A DNA stretch of 48,551 bases from Rozella allomycis CSF55 (lineage: Eukaryota), in assembly GCA_000442015.1 (NCBI GenBank), contig KE560862.1, positions 1 to 48,551 of the forward strand. Direction: 5' to 3'. Below are positions 1-11,930 of the stretch, in pieces. The position numbers were made by a program, and so were the translations under genes. The first letter of the stretch is position 1. Each line of letters begins with the position of its first letter. The notes beneath the pieces were generated by a model. The model saw nothing but the letters and a program-made list of their open reading frames with translations. It searched no databases and was not told where the DNA came from.

Positions 1-129
1 CCTGCAATCAATTTTTAATAAAATACAAAATTGATAATTTCATCTTTAAAAAGTTAAATCTTAAATGTGAATAATTATGAGACATTTAAATAAGGTTAAA
101 TATAACCGAGGTCACACGTCAAAGCCACC

Positions 130-2387
130 ATGAACATTTTATTTCTCTGTTTGATATTTACATTTTCGGCATTAATTCAGAGTTTATCAATAAAATCTCC
201 ACTAGCTGTTTTAAGAGGCATACCATTTTCGGTGTCTTTCAGTGTGGCACCACTTGTAGGCGGTAACGAAAAATATGAAATTTAAAAATAGACGATCGCC
301 CATGGAAGGATAATGTTGGATACTATACGGTGTATGATGGTGAATTTGTAATCTCTTCAAACAAGTTTTCACCCTATGATGAGGAAATCAAGGTCAAGGA
401 TTTGCTTGTTGAACATTTTGGGGAGCACGAGTTCAAGGTTGTCGTGTCTGGTAGTGAGAATGGGGAGGCTATATTGAGTGATACGTTTGAAGTGTATTGT
501 ATTCCAGGGATTCTGAGTATCTTGCCGTCGATTATAACAGTTGCGTTAGCGATGTGGCTCAAACAGAATATATTGGCATTGTTTATAGGAATATGTATTG
601 GATCTACTTTTATATATAGGTATAATCCAATAACTGGAATGTAAGGAATATATTTGTGTGAGATAGAATGCGTGCGGTTGATACTATAGTTGTTGAAGCA
701 TTAGCCGATAGTGGACATGCTAGTGTGATATATTTTTGTTTGTTGATTGGTGGAATGATAGCTGTTATTGGTAAAGGAGGAGGTGCCAAGGGAATGGCGC
801 AAGCAGTGACCAAGTTTGCCAAGACGAGGAGAAGTGCGCAGTTGGTTACATTCTTTGTTGGGATATTTATATTTTTTGATGATTATGCGTCGTGTTTGAT
901 TACAGGATCTACTATGAGAGATATTGGCGCGCAATTGAAAATCAGCAGGGAAAAGTTATCATTTATTGTTGATACGTGTGCAGCGACTATATCGTGTTTG
1001 TTTATTGTGTCGTCGTGGGTTGGGGTTGAAGTTACACAGATTGAAGATGGCTTTAAAGAAGCTGGAATTGAAGAGAACGCGTATTCATCATTTCTGAATG
1101 CTATTCCATACAAATTTTATCCGATTCTAGTGTTAATATTTACATTTATAACGATTATAACTGGGAAAGATTTTGGGCCCATGTACAGAGCAGAGAGAAG
1201 GGCTGTTGTTTATGGAAAGGTTAGTAGTGATCATGCGAAGCCAGTTGTGGATGTAGATGATGAAACAATGTCACCCAAGAGTGATAAACCACAGCGATGG
1301 TACAATGCAGTGATTCCATTTCTTGTTATAATATTTGTTGTGTTTGGAGGGATGGTTTTAGAAGGATATTTCCATGTTCAAGACAGACTTGGTGGGTCTA
1401 TTGAAAGAGAAATGATTTTAGCTACAACGCAAGGACAGAAAATGAGGCTATTGAGTGAACAAGGAAGTCTTTCATTTGATATTCAAACTTATTTATCTAA
1501 GAGTGATTCATTCCATGCTTTGATTTGGGGATCATTAGCTGGTTCATTTGTCGCTATTTTTCTTGTTGTTGCTCAAAGAATATTAACGCTATCAGAGGCT
1601 ATGGATGCATGGTTGGCTGGATGCAAATCTATGATCTTTGCTATTCTAATTCTAGCCCATGCATGGGGACTTGGCAACATTTCTAATCAATTACAAACAT
1701 CTGATTTTATGACATTTGCATTGAAGGGGAATATTCCAGCTGGCTTATTACCAACAATTGTATTTATTCTTGGAGCAGGGGTATCATTTGCAACAGGTAG
1801 TGCATGGGGCACAATGTCAATTCTCTTTCCACTTGTCATTCCTTTGGTTCATGATCTAGCCAAAGGTGATTTGAATCTACTGTACGCTTCTATGGCTGCC
1901 ATTCTCAGTGGCTCTGTGTGGGGTAATCACACGTCCCCAATAGCTGATAGCTGCATTATGTCTTCAATGTCTACTGGTAATCATTTCTTTATCAATTAAA
2001 AAAGGTTGTGATCATGAAGATCACGTTAAAAGTCAGGCCCTGTATGCTATCATTGCAGGAATCATTTCAATTCTGTTTTGTACAATTCCAGTAGGCTTTG
2101 GCTTGTATCCCTTCTGGGCTGCCCTTCTTATCTCTATTGCTGTAATGATAATCATCATTATGCTGTTTGGACGCAAGCCTGAAGATTCTTCACCAACCCT
2201 GGCATCTAAATTGCTTGGACGAAGACGAAATAAAATGGATTTTATTATTGAAAAAGAAGAAATTGATCAAGTTCAAGATGTTTCTAGTGAAGATCAAGAT
2301 GACAGCTATGCCAGCTGTTCTCAAATACAAGAACCAATCTACAAAGAGCATTATTCTTCCATAGCCAGTCCTTACAATAAAGTTTAA
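130..2387 (+). CDS. Na+/H+ antiporter NhaC-family membrane protein with N-terminal signal peptide; introns 263-291, 641-666, 1977-2004
   Basis: Motifs IFFDDY, ISREKLSFIVD, SFATGSAWGTM and GNHTSPIADS; splicing restores STGCDHEDHVKSQ, typical of bacterial NhaC-like proteins; hydrophobic N-terminus MNILFLCLIFTFSALIQS. Confidence 0.85.
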
Positions 2388-2511
2388 CTTACATTTATTT
2401 ATTTTATTTTATTTGCATACGTTGAGTGATCACTTAATTACTTCATTGTCATAACCCTTCTTTTTGTTTTTTTTCTGAAATTTCTTTTTGGCGCCATTTT
2501 TGATTCTGCAA

Positions 2512-5500
2512 ATGAATAACACTGAAAATAACAATTTTGGAACAAACCAAGGTGATAAAAATATTTTTTACTAATAATAGAAATTCAATTTCAGATTGGT
2601 GATTTTGTTGCGATAGATTCTACTAAAAGGGGGTTTGTGAGATATGTAGGTCCCACAAAGTTTAGACCAGGTATTTGGGTTGGAGTAGAATTAGAAGGTG
2701 ACTATGGTAAAAATGATGGCTCAGTAGATGGGTACTCTTTTCTTTCATTCTTTAATAGGATCACCTATTTTGACTGTCCTAAAAATAAAGGTCTTTTCCT
2801 TCAACCCTCCAAACTATTTCTACTCAAAAAATCATCCGCCTTCATTTCAACATCTCAAGTGTTCAAAACTAGAAACAGATCCGCTACAATCGATAACAAT
2901 GCTTCTTCTTCAAAGGAATCCCTAAATTTAAAACAAAGACCAACTTCTCTTTTAGCTGCTGCTGGTTTAGAACAACATAAAGAACTTCCAAGACCTCATT
3001 CTTTAATAACTTCAAAATCTCTGTCTCATCATGAAGAAAATGAATTAACTCTCAAGCAGCTGAAAATTCAAAATCAAGTTCTCTCTAATGAATTGAACAG
3101 ACTAAAATATCAATTAGAAGACACTGAAAGAAATCTAATCTCTTCTCAAAAGGCTTTGGCAAATGAAAATATCGATTCAATGAACACAATAAATCAAAAT
3201 GAATTAAAAGAATTATTAAACAAAAACAACAAAATTTGTGCTGAATTAGAAATAATTAGAAAAGAAAGAGATCAATTACTGGCAAAAGTTAATGACCTAG
3301 AGAAAATTAGAAGCCCTGACAATGAAAAGATTGAGCAACTGGAATTTGAAATGTCGATGCTTCAAGCTGAATTAAGTCTTAGAAAAAATGATTCACAAGA
3401 ATTCGATAACCAAACAGATTCCATCAAAGAAGAATGTCTTTTGTTAAAAAGTCAATTAGAAGGCCTAAAAAGCGAAATGAATTCATTAAAAACTCTACTG
3501 GATAATAAAAACCAAGAATTGATAAGGCTTCAAGAGACAAACAATGCCAGAGAAAAAGAATTGCAAGTTGTTAAATCCACCTTTGTTAGTATCGATAAAG
3601 AAAATGACAAATATGAAAAACTTCTCTTTGTAGAAAGAGAAAAAGTTGTAAACTTGGAGCAAGACTTGGAAAAGCATACACAGCTACTCAATGAAAAGGA
3701 TAGCGTAATTTCATCTCTGATGTCTAAACTGGATTCGGCACAAAAAGAAAGTATAACAGCATTTGAAGCCTCAAAGAAAGAATTGGTAAAAAGAAACGAA
3801 GAATTGAATCTGGAGAACCAGGGTCTGTCATTACATTTATCGGAATTACAAAAGGAAATTGAGGAAAAAGAAGATTTACTGAAATTTCAGTCTGAATCTC
3901 TTAAAGAAGAAAATAACAATTTGACTAAAATAAACAAAGAATTAAACAGTAAATATTCAAATATTCAAGATGAAATTTCAAATATAAAAATTGAATTGGA
4001 TAAAGTAAAAGAAGAAAAAAGACATTTGGAACATCTTAATCAAAATATAGCTAATGAAAGAAAAGATGATTTAAAAAAGATCGAAAAGCTACAAGATGAA
4101 ATAATTACTTTTCAAAACTTGGCTGAAGAAAAGAGTTTAATGTTACTTTCAATGGAAAAACAATCAGAAAATTTACAAAAGGATTTTGAACAAAAGAGAA
4201 ACGCTTTAGAATTGGAATTGTTTAAAAGAGACGAAAACGTTACTCTTTTAAAGGATGAAATTGATAATTTAAAACAAATAATTCAATTTCAGCAAGATAC
4301 AATAAATTCTTTAAAATCTGAAAACTTTAACGAAAATGAAGAAATTTCATTCTTGAAGAAATTGTTGGAAAATGAAAAGGAAAACAGCAATCAATTAAAA
4401 ATACAAAAGTCTGATATTGAATTTAAATTAAGAGAAAAAGAAAATAATGAAAGTCAGCTATTAGACAAATTACAGGAAATTAAGCTACAATTGGAAGATC
4501 AAGGATTGTTGATAGAAACACTCAAGGTTGAAAAGGAAGAAGTTGAACTTCAAATGAAAATTCAGAAAAACGATTTTGAATCAGAAAAAGATTCTTTAAA
4601 TAAAGATTTAGAATTGAAAATAAATTCGCTGAAATCAAAAATGAATTCTTTAGAACTAGAAAATTCTGATTTAAGGCGCAAAACCGAATCAAATTCTGTG
4701 AGCAAGCTAACAATTGAACAAATTTCTTTAAAGTCAACAATTCAAGCTGAAGAAATTGATGATTTGAAAAAAGCTTTAAAAAAGAAAGAAAATGATGAAA
4801 AAGAAACAATTAAACGAATTGATGATCTAATTAGAAGAAATGAAGAGTTGGAATTGACCACCGTAGATCTACAGTCAAGAATTGAATCAGAAAGCTTAAA
4901 AAGAATCAAATCTTCTGATTTTGAAGAAATTCAGAAAACTCTGGCTGCTGAAAAAGCAACATTCGCTACCAAAGTATCGCAACTTGAAAAACAATTAACA
5001 AGCCTGAAATTACAAAAAACAGAATATGAAAACGAAAAAGTTTTACTTTTGGAAGAAATTTCATCCTTGAAAGAAAGAATTGACATTATTTCAGATGAAA
5101 AACGCATTTTAGAAAATTCGCAATCAAGGGTGGTACAAAAGAAACCGGCAAAAGTAGCTCACTTTAATTCCATGGTTTCAAATCTAAATTTGTTTGAAGA
5201 AAATGAAAATAAAGATTTAATCAAAATTCAACAAGAAGCACAACAGTTGGACAGTTTATTAATTGATACCTCCATTCTTGTATCTCAAAATCAACTGGTT
5301 TCAAAAATTGAATCTTTCCCTTTTATCAAAAGTTATTTATCATCTTCATTGACAGAAATTAATAATGATGATACATTTTTGACAAAATTAAACGACCTAT
5401 TGCGCCAAAACTATATCGATAACAATCCATCAACTGACAAATTTAATCAATTAGACAATGATATCCCAAAAGACAAATCTTACTGCCTTTACTGTGATGC

Positions 5501-5576
5501 TTTTGATCATTCTACGGAACAATGCTTGAATCAATCCCAGGTAAATATTTAGACTTTTAGATAATAGACATTTTAA
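2512..5576 (+). CDS. CLIP-170/Bik1/Tip1-like microtubule plus-end protein (CAP-Gly, coiled coil, CCHC knuckle); introns 2552-2580, 2732-2758, 5541-5567
   Basis: CAP-Gly motif GIWVGVELEGDYGKNDGSVDG, long coiled coil, YCLYCDAFDHSTEQC knuckle; spliced C-terminus QSQTF resembles the CLIP-170 ETF tail. Confidence 0.85.
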
Positions 5577-5672
5577 ATTAGCTGATTTGTTTGGTTTTGA
5601 TTGTACTTAAATAAAGCATTATTTCTTCTATCATGTCCTTTTCAATTTGTGGCCATTTTGTTCTTGTGGCGC

Positions 5673-6785
5673 ATGTCTATACTGGACCTTCTTGAAACTG
5701 ATAAAAAATGTATTAATATTAGCGCGCCGATGGTCAGATATTCAAAGTAATATCTTTTTATGTTTTTTCAAAGACTTGCATTTCGGCAACTTGTGCGTAA
5801 ATATAATGTAGATGTCGCATTTACACCTGTACCACCTTGTACTAAATCTAAGGTAGATGGTTATGGCTGCGGATTTTCACAAATCAGAATCTTACAGACA
5901 AATAGAATTTCACACCGCGCCTGGTACTAATAATTGGCGATCTTAATCAAGACGATAATCCGCTTGTTATTCAGTTTGCCGCCAAAGATCCAATTGATTT
6001 ACTTAAAGCATCTATCTTGGTAAAGGATCATGTATCTGCCATCGACTTGAATTGCGGCTGTCCACAAAAGTGGGCTATTCAAGAGGGCATTGGAAGTGCT
6101 TTGTTAGACATGGATTTAGAGAAACTAAAAGACCTAGTTGGAACAACTATCAGAAATGTAGATATCCCTGTTAGCACTAAAATTAGAGTTCATAAGGACC
6201 TGCGGTAATTCGACACTTTTTCTTTGAAGCAGACAAACTATAGACATGGTCCAGGGATTAGAGAAAATAGGTGTTTCATGGATAACTGTTCATGGGAGAA
6301 CAAAAAATCAGCGCCCAAGCGATCCAGTTGATCTGGATGCTATTAAACTTGTACATTATTGGTTTCTAATTGTTTTAAGATAAATGAAAGTGTGTCAATA
6401 CCGGTGTTCGCTAATGGAGATATATTTACACTTGAAGATGTTAAGCAAGTCCAGGAGTATACCAAAGTGAGAGGTACTGTTATTAAAACTAGATGACATA
6501 GGCGTCATGGCGGCTAGAGGCCTTTTAGAAAATCCAGCCTTATTTGCTGGTCATTCGAAAACTCCGCCGGGTTGCATATCTTCGTATATTAATCTTGCAT
6601 TAGCCTGTGGGACTCCAAGTGCGATTGTTCAGGGTCACGTGTCAATGATGATTGAAAAGTCAATGTCAAATGCAGGTAATATATAATAAAATATTTATAA
6701 AGAACGGAAAATGTTCAATTCTTTAACAAGTGTACATGCAATACTTGATTATCTAGAAGAACATTACCCAAACATAATTATATAA
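5673..6785 (+). CDS. DUS4: tRNA-dihydrouridine synthase 4-like; 7 introns (5747-5773, 5829-5856, 5924-5951, 6205-6232, 6351-6379, 6474-6501, 6676-6702)
   Basis: Spliced motifs APMVRYSKLAFRQLVR, IDLNCGCPQKWA, WITVHGRT, ANGDIF, GVMAARGLLENPALF. Confidence 0.9.
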
Positions 6786-6803
6786 AAAACGCAAAAATAC
6801 ATT

Positions 6804-7202
6804 TTATGCATTCAACTCTCTTTTCATCTTTAAATATTTGATTCCTAAAAAGCTTAAAATGATCAATGTTATTGAAATCATAGTTCCTGCAAGTACATTC
6901 CAACGACGATAATCATTTGATCGAAATTCTTCCTCTTGACTCTTTGTAATCTTTAACTTTGAATCAGAGCTTATTCTTTTACTTGTGTCTCTTAATTCAG
7001 TGACATTTCCTGTATTTAACCTAGAGGGTGCCGAAAAATTGGTTTTGGGATGAAGTGCCTTCTTTACATGTACTTGAATAACACTGCTAGGCTTCTTTTG
7101 AACAAAATTTTGATTATATTGTAAGGCGATTTTTGAACTCGCTGATGGTATACATAAGAAAAGTAATAATATGAAATACGGGATATTAAGTAACCCGGTC
7201 AT
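6804..7202 (-). CDS. Small orphan protein with signal peptide and C-terminal TM helix (type I membrane protein)
   Basis: 132-aa ORF with hydrophobic N-terminus and a TM segment followed by basic residues; no family recognised. Confidence 0.6.
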   Translation of the reverse strand: MTGLLNIPYFILLLFLCIPSASSKIALQYNQNFVQKKPSSVIQVHVKKALHPKTNFSAPSRLNTGNVTELRDTSKRISSDSKLKITKSQEEEFRSNDYRRWNVLAGTMISITLIILSFLGIKYLKMKRELNA

Positions 7203-7310
7203 ATCGAAGAGGCTTGTCTAATTTTCTAATCAGATGTAGATTTTGGTAAAAATCGTAATGGTGACACAATCATAGTGAATAAAACAAAAATGCAAACATA
7301 AATACATATA

Positions 7311-7460
7311 GTGACCACTGACCAGGAAATGCCCGGGAGTCAGTGGGACATCCTCCACCTTTAGGTCCAATGACAATAGGCAGAATCCAGATTTAGAGTA
7401 CTCGTAAAACTTTTCCCCCACAGGAAAACTGATATTGTCAATTCAACATCAATGGACACG
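7311..7460 (-). ncRNA. Candidate structured non-coding RNA of unknown family
   Basis: About 48% GC island (7311-7430) in AT-rich intergenic DNA with nested helices CCACTGAC/GTCAGTGG, TGACAATA/TATTGTCA, TTTTCC/GGAAAA, GTCCA/TGGAC; G-U extensions favour the minus strand. Confidence 0.45.
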
Positions 7461-7513
7461 AAAGTTGTTAGTTTTAAAGGCACAAAAACCTACGCCATCA
7501 ATCTTCATCTTTA

Positions 7514-8961
7514 TTATTGAAATCTACTAGTATTGCGACCGAAGATGCTTGCAACTAGCCAGTAAATAGGTATCAACACTTTGTTTCTCCAGGAAACTGA
7601 CATGGAGAAGTATGCATATCTCCAAAGTATCCAAGCTTGAAATCCTGCCTTGTGCACCTTTTGGTCTCTTATTCTTAATGAAGCGATCGCCTTCCAATCC
7701 CCGACATAAGCCAAACTGCCGATTTCTTTGTAAGAAAAGACTGGCTGAGATTCAAGTTGTTTGCCTTTGGCAGTGTTATTTAAAGCTATGATAAACCTTA
7801 GAATAATTTACTTCTTGCTAAAAAGAGTCCCTTTTGGTTTGCAATCTGAGCTGTTTGGGGCAAAGGAGCATCTTTAACAACAGCACAATCTCCAAGAGCA
7901 AACACATTGTCAAGAGCTTTGTTATCTTTATCCAACACTCTTAGATATCCATCAGTGATCAGTCTCTTGGCAGGATCTAAAGGAAGGTTGGTTGACTGTA
8001 TTAAGGGGTTTGGCGCCAAGCCTGTAGCCCACACAGCCAATCCATACTTTAAGTTTTCTCCTCCGTGCAGCTTTATTTCTTCTTTTCCCAATTCTAATAC
8101 TTTAGTTCCTTTGTTAAATAATAAATTGATTAATTACCAGTTCTGATTTTTATTCCTGACCGCTCAAATTTCTTCGCAGCATACTCCGATAAGGATGCAT
8201 CGAAATTGGTAAGAATCTTTGGAGCCACATCTATCAAAGTGATAGTTACTTTGCTCATAAGTTCAGGATACATCTTTGACAAGTCTTCGTAAATGAAATC
8301 ATGAAGCTCCGCTGAAAATTCAACCCCAGTTGGGCCTCCACCAACTGCTACAAAGTTTAAGAAACCTTTTTGTTGTTCTTCTGTGACATTAGGCTGTTTT
8401 GCTTTTTCGAAACAATCAAGAATTCTATTTCTTATCTTTCGAGCATCACCAATGTCTTTCAGGAAACAAGCATTTTCTTTAACCCCGGGAATACCAAATG
8501 TCTGTGTAAGAGCACCACAGCATATGACAAGCTTGTCAAAATTAACAATGTGCTCATCATAAGAGGCATCCTCCAATGCACTCCTTATTGTCAATTGTCT
8601 TTTTTCCAGATTTATCTGTTCACATTTTGATTGAAAAAATGTAAAGTTTTTGGCATGCTTTCGAATAGGCTCAGTAACACTTGTTGTATTCACATGGTTT
8701 GTTTACGCTCTGTATTCTAATGTACCCACGCAAGTAGATGCTAAAAGGGGTGTAAACACAAAGTAATTTCTGGGAGAAACAACTACTACATCGTATCTTT
8801 TTGTATCGATTTTTGATAGAAGCTTAAATCCGGCCCATCCTGTACCTATAATGACCAATCGTTCTTTAAAATTCAAAAGTTAACTGAGTACCTTTAACAT
8901 TTGTAGCACTTGTTGCATACTTTCGACTAATTGCCAACAAGCTCATTCGAGATCCGATCAT
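7514..8961 (-). CDS. Type II (external/alternative) mitochondrial NADH dehydrogenase, NDE1/NDE2-like; introns 8864-8891, 8680-8706, 8109-8137, 7786-7811; start may be 8946
   Basis: [59 protein letters not shown]; presequence-like N-terminus. Confidence 0.9.
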
Positions 8962-9087
8962 TGGAAGTTTCGAAAATTCAGGAAATTCAAGAACAAAACC
9001 ATTGACAAATTTGGACCATGAAAAAAAATAAAGTTGATATTCAATCATGCTCTACTAAATAGAAGGAGCAAAATTTATCATTTGTGT

Positions 9088-9093
9088 AAAAAA
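9088..9093 (-). terminator. RNA polymerase III T6 terminator of tRNA-Leu
   Basis: TTTTTT on the minus strand 3 nt after the discriminator base. Confidence 0.75.
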
Positions 9094-9096
9094 GAG

Positions 9097-9177
9097 TGCT
9101 GAGAGTGGGGCTCGAACCCACGCATCTTACGATATGGGATCTTAAGTCGCACGCCTTAACCACTCGGCCATCTCAGC
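9097..9177 (-). tRNA. tRNA-Leu, anticodon TAA, long variable arm, no intron
   Basis: GCTGAGA/TCTCAGC acceptor stem, TGGCCGAGTGG A box, GGTTCGAGCC B box, anticodon loop CTTAAGA. Confidence 0.95.
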
Positions 9178-9303
9178 TTGTGATAGGTCAAGTTTATTGG
9201 ATTTGTTATATTTACCAAATGTATGTTAACCATTCAACATAAAACAAAACCGTCGGCATTACATCAAGTATTAACGAAAATAGTTTATAAAGACAAAAGG
9301 NAT

Positions 9304-10557
9304 TTATTTTATACTGACACTCCATTGAAGCCCTTGAATATATTTGTATGTAACGCTTGTCTTCTCCTTTATCTCATCAAGAAATCTGTTGATGTATTCC
9401 ATAATGTTCAAATGTGAGTATCCCTTATGTATTACTTTAATCTCTTTATTAATAACTGTGATCGGTTTATGAAATGTTCTTAATAGAATGTCGACAAGAT
9501 CAGATTCACATTTCTCTGGAGTAATTTCCTTCAGAAACGTATGATACGCAACCATTAATGCTAAAGGTCTCTTCATACCACTCCAACGCTTAGATCGGCC
9601 TCTCCAAGAATTTCCGAAAGACTTTTCTAAAATACTGTAAGGAGGGAAACCATCAACGCCGTACTGCCAGCGATTCCAAAGGTCTTTCATCCTATTTGAT
9701 TTAATAAGTAATGGTTGATCAACAGTAATTTTCTTCTTAAGGAAGCGGTAAAGCTCTTTTTGTGACCATTTTTTCAATTGAGGAGTTACTATGTGGTTCT
9801 CACGATCTTCGCCTTTAAGGGCGTTTTTCAATCTTGTGGAACTTCGAATTTCGCTTTTGGTAATATTAATAGAATCCTTAATAAAAGATGGTGAACAGAG
9901 GTTTGCGGTTTGGTTTACAGTTGTGTCTGATTGAGAAATTTCACTTTTAGGCGTTTTAACTGAGTCAAATTTTTGAATTATTATCTTTCTGATATTTGGT
10001 TCGGGTTTGATCTTTGACTTTAACTCTTCTTCATTTTTCGGAGCATCATTAGTTAATGAGCGGCTTACATTGATTGGATGAGAATCTTTGATGTTGTTTG
10101 TTGCAAAGCAATCGTTCTTCCATTCATCTATTCTATTAACCTTTTCCTCAAGACTCAACATCCTCGTATTTATCTTCTGTAACTCTGTCAGATTTCTTTT
10201 CATATATTGAGTCATATTGCCAATAAATACATTTACCTTTTCGCCTTGAAAGGATGGATTCTCATCAACATTATACTGTTCATTCAGCTTGTGCTTGCAG
10301 CTGGATTTAGCGATTAAGGAACTAGAAAAATCATCTTCCTCTAAAATTTCTACTAATTCTATTTCAACCATATTTATATCGTCGATTCCTACATCACCGC
10401 ATTCGCTATTTTGTAAAGAAATTGTCTCTATCTCCTCCTCAAAATGTTCTTCTAATTCAGATTTATTGTACTCGTTGCGCTCATGGTCGGTTTCGAGGTC
10501 CATAAAAAAGATTGGTAAAATATTAAAACCCCTTGTATGAATGATGGATTTTGTCAT
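9304..10557 (-). CDS. GCR1_C-domain protein (Gcr1/Msn1/Hot1/Ndc10-type DNA-binding domain); 3' end abuts an N join
   Basis: DLWNRWQYGVDGFPPYSILEKSFGNSWR fits the GCR1_C pattern W..W..G..G.P....LE..FG..WR; intronless. Confidence 0.7.
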   Translation of the reverse strand: MTKSIIHTRGFNILPIFFMDLETDHERNEYNKSELEEHFEEEIETISLQNSECGDVGIDDINMVEIELVEILEEDDFSSSLIAKSSCKHKLNEQYNVDENPSFQGEKVNVFIGNMTQYMKRNLTELQKINTRMLSLEEKVNRIDEWKNDCFATNNIKDSHPINVSRSLTNDAPKNEEELKSKIKPEPNIRKIIIQKFDSVKTPKSEISQSDTTVNQTANLCSPSFIKDSINITKSEIRSSTRLKNALKGEDRENHIVTPQLKKWSQKELYRFLKKKITVDQPLLIKSNRMKDLWNRWQYGVDGFPPYSILEKSFGNSWRGRSKRWSGMKRPLALMVAYHTFLKEITPEKCESDLVDILLRTFHKPITVINKEIKVIHKGYSHLNIMEYINRFLDEIKEKTSVTYKYIQGLQWSVSIK

Positions 10558-10650
10558 ATGACAGTGTCTATCATAAATTATGATAGGTTTTAGTAAACGT
10601 TATTTGGAAGAAAAAAATGGGAAAGATCAAAATTTTAGTGCAAATTTATT

Positions 10651-11761
10651 TTATTCGTCGTCAATGTTTAGGGAATCTAAGTCATCGATATTAAACAATT
10701 CTTCGTTGATAGGACCGGGATTCTCGTCTTGTGTGATCTCTTCTCTAGTAGTATAATCAATTTCAGTAGCGTCTTCATCATCTTTAAACAATTCAGGATT
10801 AAACGTAAATAATTCCTTTCCAGACGCCATAAGCTTACCAGATTTAACCTTTTGCGCCCTGTCTTTAGTCTTTGCGTCAGCTTCTTCTGCTAATTTCGCT
10901 ATCCTTGAAGCTTTCCATGCTGTAAAAGATTCTAAAGTCACGGGTGTTAAATTGTCGCCAAGTTTGTGCCTCTCTGTTTCCAGAAACTCTTCCAAAGTTA
11001 TTTGTTCTTTTTCTTCTTCCTTTTGTTTTTCAGATTTTAAGACAAAACCAGGAGGTAATGCGTGTCTGTATTTACATTTTTGACCTATGTAGACAGAAAC
11101 CAAAAAATACCTCCATTTGGGCATTCCCAAAACCATCCGTATTTCTTTTGCTCGATTGCTTCTAAAAAGTACTTGCAGACAATATCAGTCGTAGTCTTTA
11201 TACCAGGGCCATGCTTGTCTTTAACTACCGATTCTAGTTTGTCTTGATCCCATTTATCCATCGTGTCTTGTTCTTTGGCCGAATCACGAGCATCGGTATA
11301 GAGATCAATTTTAGCAGATTTTCTTTCTTTAGATAAATCGTGAGAAAACTTGCACTTATCACCCTTGGTACACAGACCTATAAAGACCATTGAAGTTTCG
11401 TACCTTGTTTAAAAAATGCACAAACCACAGATTTTGGATCAACGCCTATATTATTATTGGTATCTTTGTGTACCGACAGCAACTTTTTGAGTAAGGACTG
11501 GTTTAAATAAAGCAGCTAGTTCTTTCTTCTTTTTTTCAGCTTCCTCTTTTGCTTCCTTTTTCTTTCTAATGTCTTCTTCTGCCTTTTATATTTGAAAACT
11601 AGTTTAAATACCTTTTGCGGACCAACTTGATATTGTTTTTGAACCTGTTGAACATACTTATTCACTTTGGCACTTTTATTTTTATTTTTTAGCCCAAAAG
11701 TTTTGTCTTCTACAATTTTTTGTTTTACTTTTTGTTCTTGTTTTTTGGATTTTGGAGGCAT
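10651..11761 (-). CDS. TMA46: CCCH zinc-finger DRG-regulatory protein Tma46/ZC3H15; introns 11583-11611, 11446-11473, 11378-11403, 11085-11110
   Basis: [65 protein letters not shown]. Confidence 0.93.
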
Positions 11762-11930
11762 TCACAAGATTGACCAGGGTAAATTATCATAGAATCCGCT
11801 AAAGCAATGCTACGACTCTATGTTGAAATTTAGATGTAAATTTAAAAATGATCCTTCATTTTGTGTTCAGTTTTAATTTCATTGAATATAATGATTCGCT
11901 CTACACTATCCACTAAGCCACATTTAAAAA

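Noticed and set aside
5673-6785. Alternative genetic code, stop readthrough or pseudogenes as explanations for the fragmented ORFs
   Set aside because: The stops and frameshifts in conserved genes are removed by 25-32 nt introns, and TAA, TAG and TGA all terminate genes.
7230-7421. 63-aa ORF with a GTG start
   Set aside because: No ATG, no recognisable homology, and no intron-consistent extension.
7311-7480. Partial resemblance to U4 (AAAACTTTTCCC), U12 or U5 (GCCTTTAAAAC), RNase MRP (GGAAATGCCCGG), hammerhead (CTGATA..GAAA) and cobalamin riboswitch words
   Set aside because: In each case the partner motif or catalytic core is missing; kept only as an unassigned structured RNA.
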